Positions 1-10,076 are shown, counted from the first letter of the stretch. The stretch: 34,342 bases of DNA from an uncultured Candidatus Saccharibacteria bacterium (GCA_964354835.1 CAYHBF010000050.1:1-34342); one strand, 5' to 3'. The notes: a model not told the origin generated them from the letters alone. Program-made: numbers and translations.

Positions 1-684
1 CATCAATTAAGGACGCCCCTCGCGGCAATTAAATGGACCTTAAGAATGTTTCTCGATGGAGATTTGGGGAAAATATCTCCGGAACAACAAAATTTTCTTG
101 AGAAAACATACCAATCAAATGAAAGAATGATTAATTTAATCAATGACCTTTTGGACGTTACCAGAATTGAAGAGGGTAGATATCTTTATAGGCCCATCCT
201 GGCTGATTTTGAGCCGATTGTTCAATTTGTGATAAACTCTTATAAAGAAGAATTTGAGAAGAAGAAAATTGAAATTTTGTTTAACAAACCGGAAAAAAAA
301 TTACCTCAAATCGTAATGGATATTGAGAAAATGAGATTAGCCATCCAGAATCTTTTAGATAATGCCATGAAATATACGCCACCGGGCGGCAAAGTGATGA
401 TTTCTTTAAAATACGTTAAAAAGGAGATAGAATTTTCAATCCAAGATACCGGAGTCGGAATCCCCGAAGACCAGCAAAAAAGAATATTCAGCAAATTTTT
501 TCGTGGGGTCAATGTTTTAAGAATGGAAACAGAGGGCTCTGGCCTGGGTCTTTACATCACAAAAAATATTATTGAAGCTCACGGTGGCAAAATCTGGTTT
601 GAATCTGAAGAAGGGAAGGGTACCACCTTTTATTTTACAATTCCCGTTAAGGAGGAATTTGCAGAATTTTTAAAAACGTTCTAA
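1..684 (+). CDS. Sensor histidine kinase, C-terminal HisKA + HATPase_c part (5' end outside window)
   Basis: The frame is open from nt 1 and reads HQLRTPLAAIKW (H-box). Downstream are the N-box NLLDNAMKYT, G1 DTGVGI and G2 GSGLGL. Confidence 0.9.
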   Translation, partial: HQLRTPLAAIKWTLRMFLDGDLGKISPEQQNFLEKTYQSNERMINLINDLLDVTRIEEGRYLYRPILADFEPIVQFVINSYKEEFEKKKIEILFNKPEKKLPQIVMDIEKMRLAIQNLLDNAMKYTPPGGKVMISLKYVKKEIEFSIQDTGVGIPEDQQKRIFSKFFRGVNVLRMETEGSGLGLYITKNIIEAHGGKIWFESEEGKGTTFYFTIPVKEEFAEFLKTF

Positions 685-743
685 AATCCTGTAGAAAAAA
701 TTTGACTACCCGCGGTATTTAAGTGCCTTGCTAAGCGAAACAC

Positions 744-771
744 TTGTCAAATTTCTTTTATAGGGTAAAAT
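744..771 (+). promoter_or_regulatory. Candidate sigma70-type promoter upstream of the first receiver gene
   Basis: TTGTCA (744-749), 16-nt spacer, TAAAAT (766-771). Confidence 0.4.
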
Positions 772-862
772 AAAATAACATGGCGGAGAAAATTTTATTA
801 GCTAGGATTTTCACTTTATTCATATTCTCTTAAGCAAAATTTTCTATAAATAAATTAAACTT

Positions 863-1231
863 ATGAAAAAAATTTTACTAATCGAGGATGAAGAAATAAT
901 GATTGATCTTCTTCAAAGAAAATTAACTAGAGAAGGTTACGAAGTTTCGGTGACAAGAGATGGAGATGAAGGATTGAAAGCAATGAGAGAAGTAAAGCCA
1001 GATTTAATTTTACTGGATATCATTATGCCTAAAATGGGAGGATTTGAGGTGATGGAAGAAATGAATAAAGACCCTAAATTAAAGCAGATTCCCATAATTA
1101 TTGTTTCTAATTCTGGCCAACCGGTGGAATTGGATAATGCCCAGAAATTAGGGGCAAAAGATTGGCTGATCAAAACTGAGTTTGACCCTCAAGAAGTGAT
1201 TGAAAAAGTAATAAAGCTAATCGGCAATTAG
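863..1231 (+). CDS. Single-domain response regulator (CheY-like receiver)
   Basis: 122 aa. It has the acidic pocket IEDE, the phospho-acceptor context LILLDIIMPKMGG, and a conserved K in KDWLIKT. Confidence 0.9.
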   Translation: MKKILLIEDEEIMIDLLQRKLTREGYEVSVTRDGDEGLKAMREVKPDLILLDIIMPKMGGFEVMEEMNKDPKLKQIPIIIVSNSGQPVELDNAQKLGAKDWLIKTEFDPQEVIEKVIKLIGN

Positions 1232-1310
1232 TATTAAGAAGCCTGGAGTATGAATCCTGAAACTTGAAACATTTAAGGTTTCATATTTCAAGCTTTAAGC
1301 TCCAATAATT

Positions 1311-1679
1311 ATGCTAAAAAATATCTTAATCATCGAGGACGATAAATTCCTTAGAGAATTAATTACCCAAAAACTGATTAAAGAGGGCTACGAAACCTCT
1401 GAAGCGATCGATGGAGAAGAAGGAATAAAAAAAATTAAAGAAGAAAAACCAGGTCTGATTTTACTCGATCTTATTTTGCCGGGAATTGATGGATTTGAGG
1501 TACTTTCTCAGGCGAAAGGAGATCCGGCTATATCTTCAATTCCCGTAATCATTCTTTCCAATCTTGGGCAAAAAGAAGACATTGAAAGAGGGCTAAAATT
1601 GGGAGCAGTTGACTATTTAATAAAAGCCCACTTCACTCCTGGAGAGATTATCGAAAAAATAAAAAACATTCTGAAGTAA
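1311..1679 (+). CDS. Single-domain response regulator (CheY-like receiver), paralog of the previous gene
   Basis: 122 aa with IEDD, LILLDLILPGIDGF and VDYLIKA. No output domain. Confidence 0.9.
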   Translation: MLKNILIIEDDKFLRELITQKLIKEGYETSEAIDGEEGIKKIKEEKPGLILLDLILPGIDGFEVLSQAKGDPAISSIPVIILSNLGQKEDIERGLKLGAVDYLIKAHFTPGEIIEKIKNILK

Positions 1680-1681
1680 CC

Positions 1682-2587
1682 ATGCCGGAACTGCCGGAAG
1701 TTGAAACAATAGTTAGAGGTTTAAATGCAAAGGTCCTGGGAAGGACCTTTGTTGATGTCTGGACGGATTTTCCCAAGACAATAAAGAGACCTAAGGATTT
1801 CGACCAATTTAAAAAAGAAATTAAAAATAAAAAGATTCAAAAAATTTGGAGAAGAGGAAAAAACATTATTTTCAACCTTACGGGAAATAAAGCTTTATTA
1901 GTTCATCAAAAACTCACCGGCCACTTATTGTCAGGAAAATGGCGGCAGGACGGGGGAGTATGGAAGTCGTCAATCCCCGGTCCCATATCAGATGACCCGA
2001 TGAACCGATTTTTACATTTAATTTTTTTCTTAGACAATAATAGACAATTGGCTTTATCTGATTTAAGAAAATTTGCCAAAGTTGAAATTTGGGATAAAAA
2101 TGAATTAGAGAATTCAAAAGGGTTCAAAAGTTTAGGGCCAGAACCTCTTAAAAAAAATTTTACCTTTGAGAAACTTAAAAAAGTAATATCTAAAAGAAAA
2201 AAAGGAAAAATAAAACAAATTTTAATGAACCAAGAGGTTATTGCCGGGATTGGCAATATTTATTCAGATGAAATCTTATGGAAAGCAAGAATTCACCCCC
2301 TTAAAGATATTTCAAAATTAACCGAAACGGAACTTAAAGAAATTTATACCGCCCTTCAAGAAATTTTAAGAAAAGCAATTAAATTGCGAGGAGAAAGTAT
2401 TTCGGATTTTCGGGATATTGAAGGCCGTCGGGGATTCTTTGACAAAGCTCGAAAGGTTTATCGTCGAGAGGGGGAAAAATGCAGCCGCTGTGGTAAAATT
2501 ATTAAAAGATTAAAATTAGCTGGCAGATCGGCTCATTTTTGTCCAAAATGCCAGCCATTTCATGATTATCTTTCTTTACGGGCCTGA
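1682..2587 (+). CDS. mutM: Formamidopyrimidine-DNA glycosylase (Fpg/MutM)
   Basis: N-terminal MPELPEVE (catalytic Pro2/Glu3), an H2TH region, and a C-terminal zinc finger CSRCG...CPKCQ. Confidence 0.9.
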   Translation: MPELPEVETIVRGLNAKVLGRTFVDVWTDFPKTIKRPKDFDQFKKEIKNKKIQKIWRRGKNIIFNLTGNKALLVHQKLTGHLLSGKWRQDGGVWKSSIPGPISDDPMNRFLHLIFFLDNNRQLALSDLRKFAKVEIWDKNELENSKGFKSLGPEPLKKNFTFEKLKKVISKRKKGKIKQILMNQEVIAGIGNIYSDEILWKARIHPLKDISKLTETELKEIYTALQEILRKAIKLRGESISDFRDIEGRRGFFDKARKVYRREGEKCSRCGKIIKRLKLAGRSAHFCPKCQPFHDYLSLRA

Positions 2588-3530
2588 CACTTATAGATTA
2601 AGGCTGAAATTAAATGAAATAATTGAACACTATAAAAAAATCCATAAAAGTGGATTAAATTTGGGATACTTCAACCTTAAAGAAAAAGAATATCAAGATT
2701 TTCAAGATGAGTTTCGTTCGACATCAATGTTTGATGAAAAGAAATTAATTGTTTTTAAAAATGCTTCCTTAAATAAAGAATTTCAGGATAAATTTTTAAA
2801 AGAGATTAAAAAATTCATTGAAACGGAGGATATAATTCTCTTTTACGAAGAAAACGAAATATCAAAAAATAAGTTTTTCGACTCTTTAAAAAGATGCGGT
2901 AAATCGCAGGAGTTCAAACCCATTGGAGGAGAAAGATTAAAAATATGGATAAAAAATGAATTTGAAAAATTAGGAGCCAAAATAGAAAATCCAGCTTTAG
3001 AAAATTTAATTAACTTTGTTGGAAATGACCTTTGGCAGATGAAAAACGAAATTGAGAAACTGGCCACTTACAAGTTTAGCAAAAGAGTCGATGAAACTAA
3101 AGCTTCATCTTCACCCTTCGCTAACGCTCGGGTAATTGGAGTAAAGGACATTGAACTTTTAGTTAAGCCAAAAATCGAAACTGATATTTTTAAAACTATA
3201 GATGCCATTGCTCAAAAAAATAAAAAATTAGCCCTAAGGTTGTTGCATAAACATTTAGAAAAAGGAGACAGCCCCCTTTATCTTCTATCAATGATTAATT
3301 TTCAATTCCGAAATTTACTTATGGTAAAATCGCATAAAATAGAACAAGGACTGAACGAAGATTTGGGGATGCATCCTTATGTAATAAGAAAAACAACAGA
3401 GCAAGCAAGAAAATTCACCACTTCTGAATTAAAAAAAATCTACCAGAAAATATTTAAGGTAGATTTAAGTATCAAAACTGGCAAAATAAACCCCGATGTC
3501 GCCCTCGATTTGTTGGTTACTGAGATCTGA
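2562..3530 (+). CDS. holA: DNA polymerase III delta subunit (HolA-like)
   Basis: MIIFLYGPDTYRL start, ~320 aa, clamp-loader delta architecture. It overlaps the fpg stop by 26 nt. It contains an in-frame repeat element at 3088-3138. Confidence 0.7.
   Translation: MIIFLYGPDTYRLRLKLNEIIEHYKKIHKSGLNLGYFNLKEKEYQDFQDEFRSTSMFDEKKLIVFKNASLNKEFQDKFLKEIKKFIETEDIILFYEENEISKNKFFDSLKRCGKSQEFKPIGGERLKIWIKNEFEKLGAKIENPALENLINFVGNDLWQMKNEIEKLATYKFSKRVDETKASSSPFANARVIGVKDIELLVKPKIETDIFKTIDAIAQKNKKLALRLLHKHLEKGDSPLYLLSMINFQFRNLLMVKSHKIEQGLNEDLGMHPYVIRKTTEQARKFTTSELKKIYQKIFKVDLSIKTGKINPDVALDLLVTEI
3088..3138 (+). repeat. Copy of the same element inside holA, in frame
   Basis: 47 of 51 positions are identical to 31804-31854 by hand alignment. 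It translates as DETKASSSPFANARVIG. Confidence 0.85.
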
Positions 3531-3780
3531 TGATTAACCTAGAAATCCTCGATTTTTTTCTGGACGCCGTGTTTTTCTTTATTAATTTAGTTTTAGCCGC
3601 CTTATCTAAGCTTTTATAAATCTGAGGCAATAATTTTTTAGCCTCCTCAATTTTTTTCTGGGAAACTAAAATCTTCACCTCTTTTAAGAGGTTTTTTATT
3701 TTTTGTTTCTTTGGGATATTCCTGATCATTCTTCTCAGATTCTGCCTTAAAGCTTTTTTTGAAGATTTGGTTATAGCCAT
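3517..3780 (-). CDS. rpsT: 30S ribosomal protein bS20
   Basis: 87 aa, very basic, with MAITKSSKKALRQNLRR and a KLIKKNTASRKKSR tail typical of S20. Its 3' end overlaps holA convergently by 14 nt. Confidence 0.85.
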   Translation of the reverse strand: MAITKSSKKALRQNLRRMIRNIPKKQKIKNLLKEVKILVSQKKIEEAKKLLPQIYKSLDKAAKTKLIKKNTASRKKSRISRLIIRSQ

Positions 3781-3797
3781 AATGGTTTTATTTTAAA

Positions 3798-5729
3798 CTA
3801 TTTTAATTTTTTTATCAAGTCGCGAATTTTGGCTGCCCTTTCGAAGTCTAAATTTTTAGCTGCCTCTTTCATTTCTTTTTCTAGGATTTTTTTATCGCGA
3901 ATCATCCAGAATTCAAAAGATATCTCTTTTTCCCTTAAAGAAAACGGCCACTCTCTTATTGGCTTTACAATTTGTTTGGGTGTAATCTTGTGAATTATAT
4001 TATATTTTTTTTGGATTTCTCGTCTTCTCTCCACTTCATTAATTGCTCTTTTCATTGATTCAGTAATTTTATCAGCATATAAAATCACATGCCCTTCTTG
4101 ATGTCTTGCCGCTCTTCCCATCGTTTGAATAAGTGTAGCTTCTGACCTTAAAAATCCTTCCTTGTCGGCATCTAAAATAGCAACCAGGGCTATTTCGGGC
4201 AAGTCCAGTCCCTCTCTTAAAAGGTTTATTCCAACCAGAACGTCATATTTTCCCTCTCTTAAATCTTTTAAAATTTGAGGTCTTTCTAAGGTTTTTACTT
4301 CCGAATGAAGCCATTGGGTTTTAATTCCTTTTTCAGCCAAATAATCAGACAATGCTTCAGCTAATTTTTTAGTTAAAGTTAAAACTAAAATTTTTTGGTT
4401 TTTTCCTATCGCTTTTTTAATTTCTTGAATTAGGTCATTAACTTGGTTTCTAATTGGCCTTATCTCAATGGCTGGCTCTAAAAGGCCAGTTGGTCTAATT
4501 AACTGTTCAACAATAAATTTTTTACCACTTTTTTTCTGTTCATATTCATTGGGTGTTGCTGAAACATAAACAAGCTGCGGAGCTCTCTGAATAAATTCTT
4601 CAAAGGTTAAGGGTCGGTTATCAATTGCCGAAGGGAGTCTAAATCCATATTCAATTAATGTTTTTTTTCTTATTTTGTCTTGGATTGCCATTGCCCTTAT
4701 TTGAGATAAGGTCATATGAGATTCATCAATAAAGACCAAAAAATCGCTTGAAAAATAGTCAATTAAAGTATGGGGGGCCACTCCTGGTTTTCTAAACTCT
4801 AAATGTCTGGAATAATTTTCAACTCCATGACAATAACCCGTCTCCCTTAACATTTCCAAATCGTAGTTCGTTCTTTGTTCAAGCCGTTGGGCTTCTAATA
4901 ATTTTTTTCTCTTTCTTAACTTTCTTAATCTTTCCTCCAGTTCCAGTTTTATATTTTCAATGGCAATTTTTATCTTTTCTTGAGGGGTAACCCAGAAGTG
5001 AGCAGGATAGATTTTAAATTGCTGATTGTAAATTATAAATTTAGGGTTTAAATAATCTTTAGCCGTTGAGATTTTATCAATTTCGTCGCCAAGAAATTCA
5101 ACTCTTAAAATTTCTTTTCCTGTGACTAAATAAATATCAATTATATTTCCTCTAACCCTGAAGTTTCCTGGCTTGGAATCAATGTCATTTCTTTGGTATT
5201 GAAGAGAGGTTAAGTGCGATATAAAATCCCTTCTTTTAATTTTCTGACCCGATTTAATCTCTAAAGAAACTTTTTGATAGTCTTCTGGTGAACCAATATT
5301 GTAAATACAAGAAACCGAAGCTACAACAATTACATCCTTCCTGTTTAATACGTCCTGAGTGGCGGCATGTCTTAATCTGTCAATCTCTTCGTTGATTTTG
5401 GCATCTTTTTCAATATAGGTGTCGGTTTGAGGAATATAGGCCTCTGGTTGATAATAATCATAATAAGAAACAAAATAATGAACTCCGTTTTCTGGAAAGA
5501 ATTCCTTGAATTCCTGATATAATTGGGCAGCCAAGGTTTTGTTGTGGGAAATAATTAAAACTGGTTTCTGAATTTTTTCAATAACTTTTGCCACGGTAAA
5601 GGTTTTTCCAGAGCCCGTCACCCCTAAAAGAACCTGATTTCTAACGCCAGTTTTTAAATTTTTGACTAATTTTTCAATCGCCTGAGGCTGGTCACCAGTT
5701 GGTTTAAAATCTGAAACTATTTCGAACAT
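3798..5729 (-). CDS. uvrB: Excinuclease ABC subunit B
   Basis: Walker A GVTGSGKT, helicase motifs (FIDESH, VSATP), and a C-terminal UVR motif [20 protein letters not shown]. Confidence 0.97.
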   Translation of the reverse strand: MFEIVSDFKPTGDQPQAIEKLVKNLKTGVRNQVLLGVTGSGKTFTVAKVIEKIQKPVLIISHNKTLAAQLYQEFKEFFPENGVHYFVSYYDYYQPEAYIPQTDTYIEKDAKINEEIDRLRHAATQDVLNRKDVIVVASVSCIYNIGSPEDYQKVSLEIKSGQKIKRRDFISHLTSLQYQRNDIDSKPGNFRVRGNIIDIYLVTGKEILRVEFLGDEIDKISTAKDYLNPKFIIYNQQFKIYPAHFWVTPQEKIKIAIENIKLELEERLRKLRKRKKLLEAQRLEQRTNYDLEMLRETGYCHGVENYSRHLEFRKPGVAPHTLIDYFSSDFLVFIDESHMTLSQIRAMAIQDKIRKKTLIEYGFRLPSAIDNRPLTFEEFIQRAPQLVYVSATPNEYEQKKSGKKFIVEQLIRPTGLLEPAIEIRPIRNQVNDLIQEIKKAIGKNQKILVLTLTKKLAEALSDYLAEKGIKTQWLHSEVKTLERPQILKDLREGKYDVLVGINLLREGLDLPEIALVAILDADKEGFLRSEATLIQTMGRAARHQEGHVILYADKITESMKRAINEVERRREIQKKYNIIHKITPKQIVKPIREWPFSLREKEISFEFWMIRDKKILEKEMKEAAKNLDFERAAKIRDLIKKLK

Positions 5730-5788
5730 AATAGATTAATTTTGGCTCAAATTTTCTCTTTTTTCAAGTTTAAGTTAGAATAAAATTG

Positions 5789-6982
5789 ATGAAGGATTTA
5801 ATTAAAAAATTTATTCCCGACTTTCTATTAAATTGGTATCATTTAGGATTGGCTTTTTTGGGAGCAGTTATTTATCGATTTCCTTCCAAGAAATTAAAAA
5901 TAATCGGCGTGACCGGCACTAATGGCAAGACAACAGTAGTAAATATGGCAACTAGAATCTTGGAAGTAGCCGGCTTTAAAGTGGCTGCTTTATCTTCAAT
6001 TTATTTCAAAATTGAAGAGAAAGAGTGGTCGAATAAATTGAAAATGACCATGCCCGGACGCTTTAAAATCCAGAAATTTTTAAGACAAGCAGTAAACGCT
6101 GGTTGCCAATATGCAGTTTTAGAAGTGACTTCAGAAGGAATAAAACAACATCGTCATCAATTTATTGATTTTGATACGGCCGTATTTACCAATTTGACTC
6201 CAGAGCATATTGAAGCTCATAAGGGTTTTGAAAATTATAGAAAAGCCAAAGGCAAACTTTTTGAAGCGACTAAAAAAAATCATATTATAAATGTTGAAGA
6301 TAAAAATGCCGAGCATTTCTTGAATTTTCCTGCAGAAAAAAAATATACTTATGGTTTGGATAGCGGCAATGTTAAAAATAGCGATATTCGATTTAATCTT
6401 AAATTACTTGGCGAATTTAACGTTTACAATGCTCTGGCCGCGACCTGCGTTGGTTTATCCCAAGGAGTTAGTTTAGATATTTGTAAAAGAGCTGTTGAAA
6501 AAATAGAAGGAATCCCCGGGAGAATGGAAGAAGTAATTTCTCAACCTTTTAAGGTTTTTGTTGATTATGCTTTTACCCCTAACGCCTTGGAAAAGGTTTA
6601 TCAAACGCTAAAGCCCGAAAATGGGCGAATGATATGCGTTTTGGGGGCTTGTGGTGGGGGAAGAGATAAGTGGAAAAGAAAGGTGCTGGGCGAAATTGCT
6701 GCCAGACATTGTGATGAAATTATAATTACTAATGAGGACCCCTATGATGAAGATCCGATAGAAATTATAAATCAAGTCTCAGCCGGTACTAATGAAAGTG
6801 CAAAGAAGATATTAGACAGAAGAGAAGCAATCAGAGAGGCCTTAAGAATCGCCCGACTGGGAGATATTGTAGTTTCTACTGGCAAGGGCTGCGAGCCTTG
6901 GATTTGTATTGAGGGCGGTAAAAAAAATCCCTGGGACGAACGCAAAGTTATAAGAGAAGAATTCAAAAAATTAAAAAGATGA
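5789..6982 (+). CDS. Mur ligase family protein (short MurE-like UDP-MurNAc-peptide ligase)
   Basis: P-loop GVTGTNGKTT, TNLTPEH, and DYAFTPNALEKVY (compare MurE DYAHTPDAL). I place the start at ATG 5789 rather than the TTG at 5786 in the ORF track. Confidence 0.8.
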   Translation: MKDLIKKFIPDFLLNWYHLGLAFLGAVIYRFPSKKLKIIGVTGTNGKTTVVNMATRILEVAGFKVAALSSIYFKIEEKEWSNKLKMTMPGRFKIQKFLRQAVNAGCQYAVLEVTSEGIKQHRHQFIDFDTAVFTNLTPEHIEAHKGFENYRKAKGKLFEATKKNHIINVEDKNAEHFLNFPAEKKYTYGLDSGNVKNSDIRFNLKLLGEFNVYNALAATCVGLSQGVSLDICKRAVEKIEGIPGRMEEVISQPFKVFVDYAFTPNALEKVYQTLKPENGRMICVLGACGGGRDKWKRKVLGEIAARHCDEIIITNEDPYDEDPIEIINQVSAGTNESAKKILDRREAIREALRIARLGDIVVSTGKGCEPWICIEGGKKNPWDERKVIREEFKKLKR

Positions 6983-7431
6983 AAAAATTTGAAATTCTTG
7001 AACATAGAGCCGATTTAAAAATCAGAGCTTTTGGGAAAACGAAAGAAGAACTATTCCAGAATATGTTTTTAGGAATGGGTGAGAGCCAGAAACCGGAAAT
7101 TAAGAGTAAAGAAAAGATAAAAAGAGAAATTGAAATCAAGTCTCTTGACTTCCTCTCTTTATTGGTTGATTTCTTAAGTGAGGTTTTATATTTAAATCAG
7201 GTTAATAAAGAAATTTATTCAGACGTTAATTTCAAAAGGTTTTCCGACACTGAGCTAGAAGCCGAACTTTTAGGTCAAAAAATAGAAAGATTTGGTGAAG
7301 ACATTAAAGCGGTAACCCACCATGATTTAGAGATTAATCAAAGACCTGAGCGAAGCAAAGGGGGGAGAAAAACAAACGTTCTTCGACCAAAGGACGGGAG
7401 TTGGGAGGCGATAGTTTTATTTGATATATGA
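6979..7431 (+). CDS. Archease (RtcB activator/chaperone)
   Basis: FEILEHRADLKIRAFGKTKEELF N-terminus and KAVTHHDL...VLFDI C-terminus. It overlaps both neighbours by 4 nt (ATGA junctions). There is an in-frame GC-rich insert at about 7345-7395. Confidence 0.8.
   Translation: MKKFEILEHRADLKIRAFGKTKEELFQNMFLGMGESQKPEIKSKEKIKREIEIKSLDFLSLLVDFLSEVLYLNQVNKEIYSDVNFKRFSDTELEAELLGQKIERFGEDIKAVTHHDLEINQRPERSKGGRKTNVLRPKDGSWEAIVLFDI
7345..7395 (-). repeat. Diverged, inverted copy of the element inside the archease gene, in frame
   Basis: The reverse complement reads GGTCGAAGAACGTTTGTTTTTCTCCCCCCTTTGCTTCGCTCAGG, against the consensus GTCGATGAA..TTCATCTTCACCCTTCGCTTCGCTCGGG. It encodes RPERSKGGRKTNVLRPKD. 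Confidence 0.6.
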
Positions 7432-8873
7432 TTTCAAAACAAAATTTTAAAAAGATAAACGACTGGCTTTGGGAAATTCCACGAACTTTCAGACAAGATA
7501 TGCGGGTACCGGCGCGCATTTATGTTTCTGAAAAGATGTTAGAAGATGTTTTTCGGGACAGATCTTTAGATCAGTTAATTAATTTGACCTGCTTGCCGGG
7601 TATCCAAAAATACGGCTTGGCTATGCCGGACATTCACGAAGGATACTCTTCGCCAATAGGCGGCGTTGCCGCCATTAGGGTTTCCGACGGTATTATTTCA
7701 CCCGGAATGCAGGGCTACGACGTGAATTGCGGGATGAAATTATTAAAATCGGAATATTCTGAAAAAGATTTAAAGCCATATTTAGAAAATTTAACTACCG
7801 AAATTCAAAAAGAAGTTCCTTCGGGTTTAGGAAAGGGCAGACAAGTGAAGTTGGATATTTCTTTCCTTGATAAAATTTTGGAAGGTGGCGCAAAATATTT
7901 AGTTGAAAAAGGTTACGGCGGAAAAGAAGATGTTGAAAACTGCGAAGCAGGAGGTTGTTTAGAGTATGCCGATGCGACAAATGTTTCTTCTTATGCCAAA
8001 AACCGCGGCAGAGACCAAGTTGGGACTCTCGGCTCGGGCAACCATTTCCTGGAAGTTCAAAAAGTGGAAGAAATTTATGATCAAAAAACAGCTGAAATTT
8101 TTGGTTTATTTGAAAATCAAATCGTAATTATGATTCATACTGGTTCTCGGGGATTAGGCCATCAGGTTGCCACCGATTATATTCGGGAATTTATGGGATT
8201 AATGGGAAAATACAAAATAAATGTGCCCGACAGGGAATTTGCCTGCGTGCCGTTTAATTCTCCGGAAGGGCAAAGAGGTCTATCAGCTTCAGCTTGTGGG
8301 GCAAATTACGCTTGGGCTAATCGCCAAATGATTGCCCATCTTATCAGAAAAGCCTGGAAATCAGTTTTGGGAGAGAAAGCTTCGTCTTTGGTAGTATTGT
8401 ATGATGTTGCCCATAATATTATTAAAAAAGAGAAATATTTAATAGATGGGAAAGAAACTGAAGTGGCGGTTCATCGAAAGGGAGCAACTAGAGCTTTCCC
8501 GCCAGGACATTCAGAAATTCCAGAAAAATATCGCGAGGTTGGACAGCCGGTTTTAATTCCAGGAAGCATGGGGACTGCTTCTTATGTTTTAGTTGGCCAA
8601 AAAGAAGGAGAGGAGGCTTTTTATTCAACCTGTCACGGCGCAGGCAGAACAATGTCGCGGCACGAAGCAATAAGACGCCTCTCTGGACAAGAAGTGGTAA
8701 ATAAATTAAAATCAAAAGGTATTATTGTTAAGTGTTGGTCTCCAAGAGGAATTGCCGAAGAGGCACCAATGGCTTATAAAAACATTGATGAAGTGGTAGA
8801 GGTGGTTCATAATGCTGGCTTATCAAAAAAGGTGGCAAGATTAATTCCCTTAGCAGTAATTAAAGGAGAGTAA
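7428..8873 (+). CDS. rtcB: RNA-splicing ligase RtcB (3'-phosphate/5'-OH RNA ligase)
   Basis: 481 aa with GYDVNCG, GSGNHFLE, HTGSRGLGHQ and CHGAGR (nucleotidylated His context). Confidence 0.95.
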   Translation: MISKQNFKKINDWLWEIPRTFRQDMRVPARIYVSEKMLEDVFRDRSLDQLINLTCLPGIQKYGLAMPDIHEGYSSPIGGVAAIRVSDGIISPGMQGYDVNCGMKLLKSEYSEKDLKPYLENLTTEIQKEVPSGLGKGRQVKLDISFLDKILEGGAKYLVEKGYGGKEDVENCEAGGCLEYADATNVSSYAKNRGRDQVGTLGSGNHFLEVQKVEEIYDQKTAEIFGLFENQIVIMIHTGSRGLGHQVATDYIREFMGLMGKYKINVPDREFACVPFNSPEGQRGLSASACGANYAWANRQMIAHLIRKAWKSVLGEKASSLVVLYDVAHNIIKKEKYLIDGKETEVAVHRKGATRAFPPGHSEIPEKYREVGQPVLIPGSMGTASYVLVGQKEGEEAFYSTCHGAGRTMSRHEAIRRLSGQEVVNKLKSKGIIVKCWSPRGIAEEAPMAYKNIDEVVEVVHNAGLSKKVARLIPLAVIKGE

Positions 8874-8899
8874 AATGTTAGAATTGCTTAAATATCATA

Positions 8900-9064
8900 A
8901 TGAAAAAGAAAAGAATTCCCAAGGGTTTGAGGAAATATATTCGCAAGGAAAAAACTCGGATTCGCCGGGAAATTTTGGATGTAAAAGAACAGGAAAAATT
9001 AATCGAAGAACTATGTCAAAAGCAATATGCAAATAAAAGAAATTTACAACTTAGCAATAAATAA
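8900..9064 (+). CDS. Small basic hypothetical protein (54 aa), not in the supplied ORF track
   Basis: Hand translation gives MKKKRIPKGLRKYIRKEKTRIRREILDVKEQEKLIEELCQKQYANKRNLQLSNK. The composition is helical and basic and looks coding. It overlaps the next ORF by 38 nt, so one of the two starts is uncertain. Confidence 0.35.
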   Translation: MKKKRIPKGLRKYIRKEKTRIRREILDVKEQEKLIEELCQKQYANKRNLQLSNK

Positions 9065-10016
9065 AGGAATTGAAGCTGATTTTCGGGGTAGAGAAACGAT
9101 TGAAAAGTTTTTGAAAAGAAAAAGAGAAAAATATGGGCAATTACCAAAAGAGGAAAAAGAGGAATTTGATTTAGAATCTTTAGGGAACCCTTATTTAGAT
9201 TCAAGAATTTTAAATATCAGTCAAGATGGAGAAATAAAAAGAATTTTAGTTGGAATTGACGTTGAGCCCGCTGAAATTTTATTAGCAAAAGAAATTGGCG
9301 GAATAGATTTAATAATTTCACACCATCCCTTAGGAAAAGCCCTTGCTAATTTGTCTGAAGTAATGGAAATGCAATGCGATATTTTGAACCAGTACGGAGT
9401 ACCTATTAATGTCGCTGAGGGCTTAATGAAAGAAAGAATTTCTGAAGTGGCAAGAGGAATAAATAAAGAAAATCATCAAAGAACAGTAGACGCAGCTAAA
9501 ATTTTAGGATTTAATTTAATATGTCTGCACACCGCCTGTGATAATTTAGCAGCTAAATTTCTAAAGGATAAAATTGAGAATGAAAAATTGGAAAGAATCG
9601 AAAATTTAATGAAATTATTAAAAGAAATTCCAGAATATAAGGAAGCGATAAAATTTGGAGCGGGTCCCAAAATTTTTGTTGGAGACCAAGAAAGAAAATG
9701 TGGCAGAATTGTTTTGACGGAGATGACGGGAGGAACAGAACCTTCTCCTAAAATATATGAAAAAATGGCAATAGCAGGCATTGGAACAATAGTTGGGATG
9801 CATATGGGGGAAGAATCAAAAAAAGAAGCCGAAGCCGCAAATGTTAATGTCGTTATTGCCGGACATATGTCTTCCGATTCTTTGGGGGTAAATCTATTTT
9901 TAGACGAATTAGAAAAAAAGGGGCTCGCAGAGCTTCGCTCTTCTCACGCCTCGGCTGAAGCTTCGGCAATTGAAATTATTCCCTGTTCGGGGTTAATCAG
10001 AGTTAAAAGAATATAA
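9027..10016 (+). CDS. NIF3 (NGG1p-interacting factor 3) family dinuclear-metal protein
   Basis: ILVGIDVEP...DLIISHHP and IAGHMSSD metal-ligand contexts. There is an in-frame GC-rich insert at 9924-9972. Confidence 0.65.
   Translation: MQIKEIYNLAINKGIEADFRGRETIEKFLKRKREKYGQLPKEEKEEFDLESLGNPYLDSRILNISQDGEIKRILVGIDVEPAEILLAKEIGGIDLIISHHPLGKALANLSEVMEMQCDILNQYGVPINVAEGLMKERISEVARGINKENHQRTVDAAKILGFNLICLHTACDNLAAKFLKDKIENEKLERIENLMKLLKEIPEYKEAIKFGAGPKIFVGDQERKCGRIVLTEMTGGTEPSPKIYEKMAIAGIGTIVGMHMGEESKKEAEAANVNVVIAGHMSSDSLGVNLFLDELEKKGLAELRSSHASAEASAIEIIPCSGLIRVKRI
9924..9972 (+). repeat. Diverged copy of the element inside the NIF3-like gene, in frame
   Basis: Hairpin AGAGC-ttc-GCTCT, then TCTCACGCCTCGGCTGAAGCTTCGGCAATTG (compare TTCACCCTTCGCT..CGCTCGGGTAATTG). 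It encodes AELRSSHASAEASA. Confidence 0.6.
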
Positions 10017-10037
10017 AACCAATAAAATACCTGTTTT

Positions 10038-10062
10038 AACTGGCTGAAGGGCCAGTTTTTTG
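10038..10062 (+). terminator. Intrinsic terminator after the NIF3-like gene
   Basis: ACTGGC / GCCAGT stem with a 6-nt loop, followed by TTTTTT. Confidence 0.6.
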
Positions 10063-10076
10063 ATAAAATAAAATGT

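Noticed and set aside
14-40. GC-rich patch ACGCCCCTCGCGGCAATTAAA, which resembles the tail of the GC-rich element (..CTTCGGCAATTGAAA).
   Set aside because: It encodes the universally conserved histidine-kinase H-box (LRTPLAAI), so the similarity is best explained by coding constraint and chance.
306-512. Short antisense ORFs embedded in confidently assigned genes. Examples are 306-512, 937-1173, 1906-2256, 1914-2117, 2843-3067, 6131-6316, 6772-7005, 7334-7519, 7795-7980, 8488-8715, 9476-9803, 12813-13267, 14050-14265, 17113-17295, 17769-18145, 20212-20400, 20617-20814, 22678-22884, 24515-24778, 27712-27918, 28304-28595, 28754-28990, 33368-33574 and 33846-34034.
   Set aside because: Each lies fully inside, and opposite or out of frame to, a gene with clear family motifs. 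Their low-complexity, Phe/Leu/Ser/Ile-rich composition is what is expected from the reverse strand of AT-rich, Lys/Glu-rich genes.
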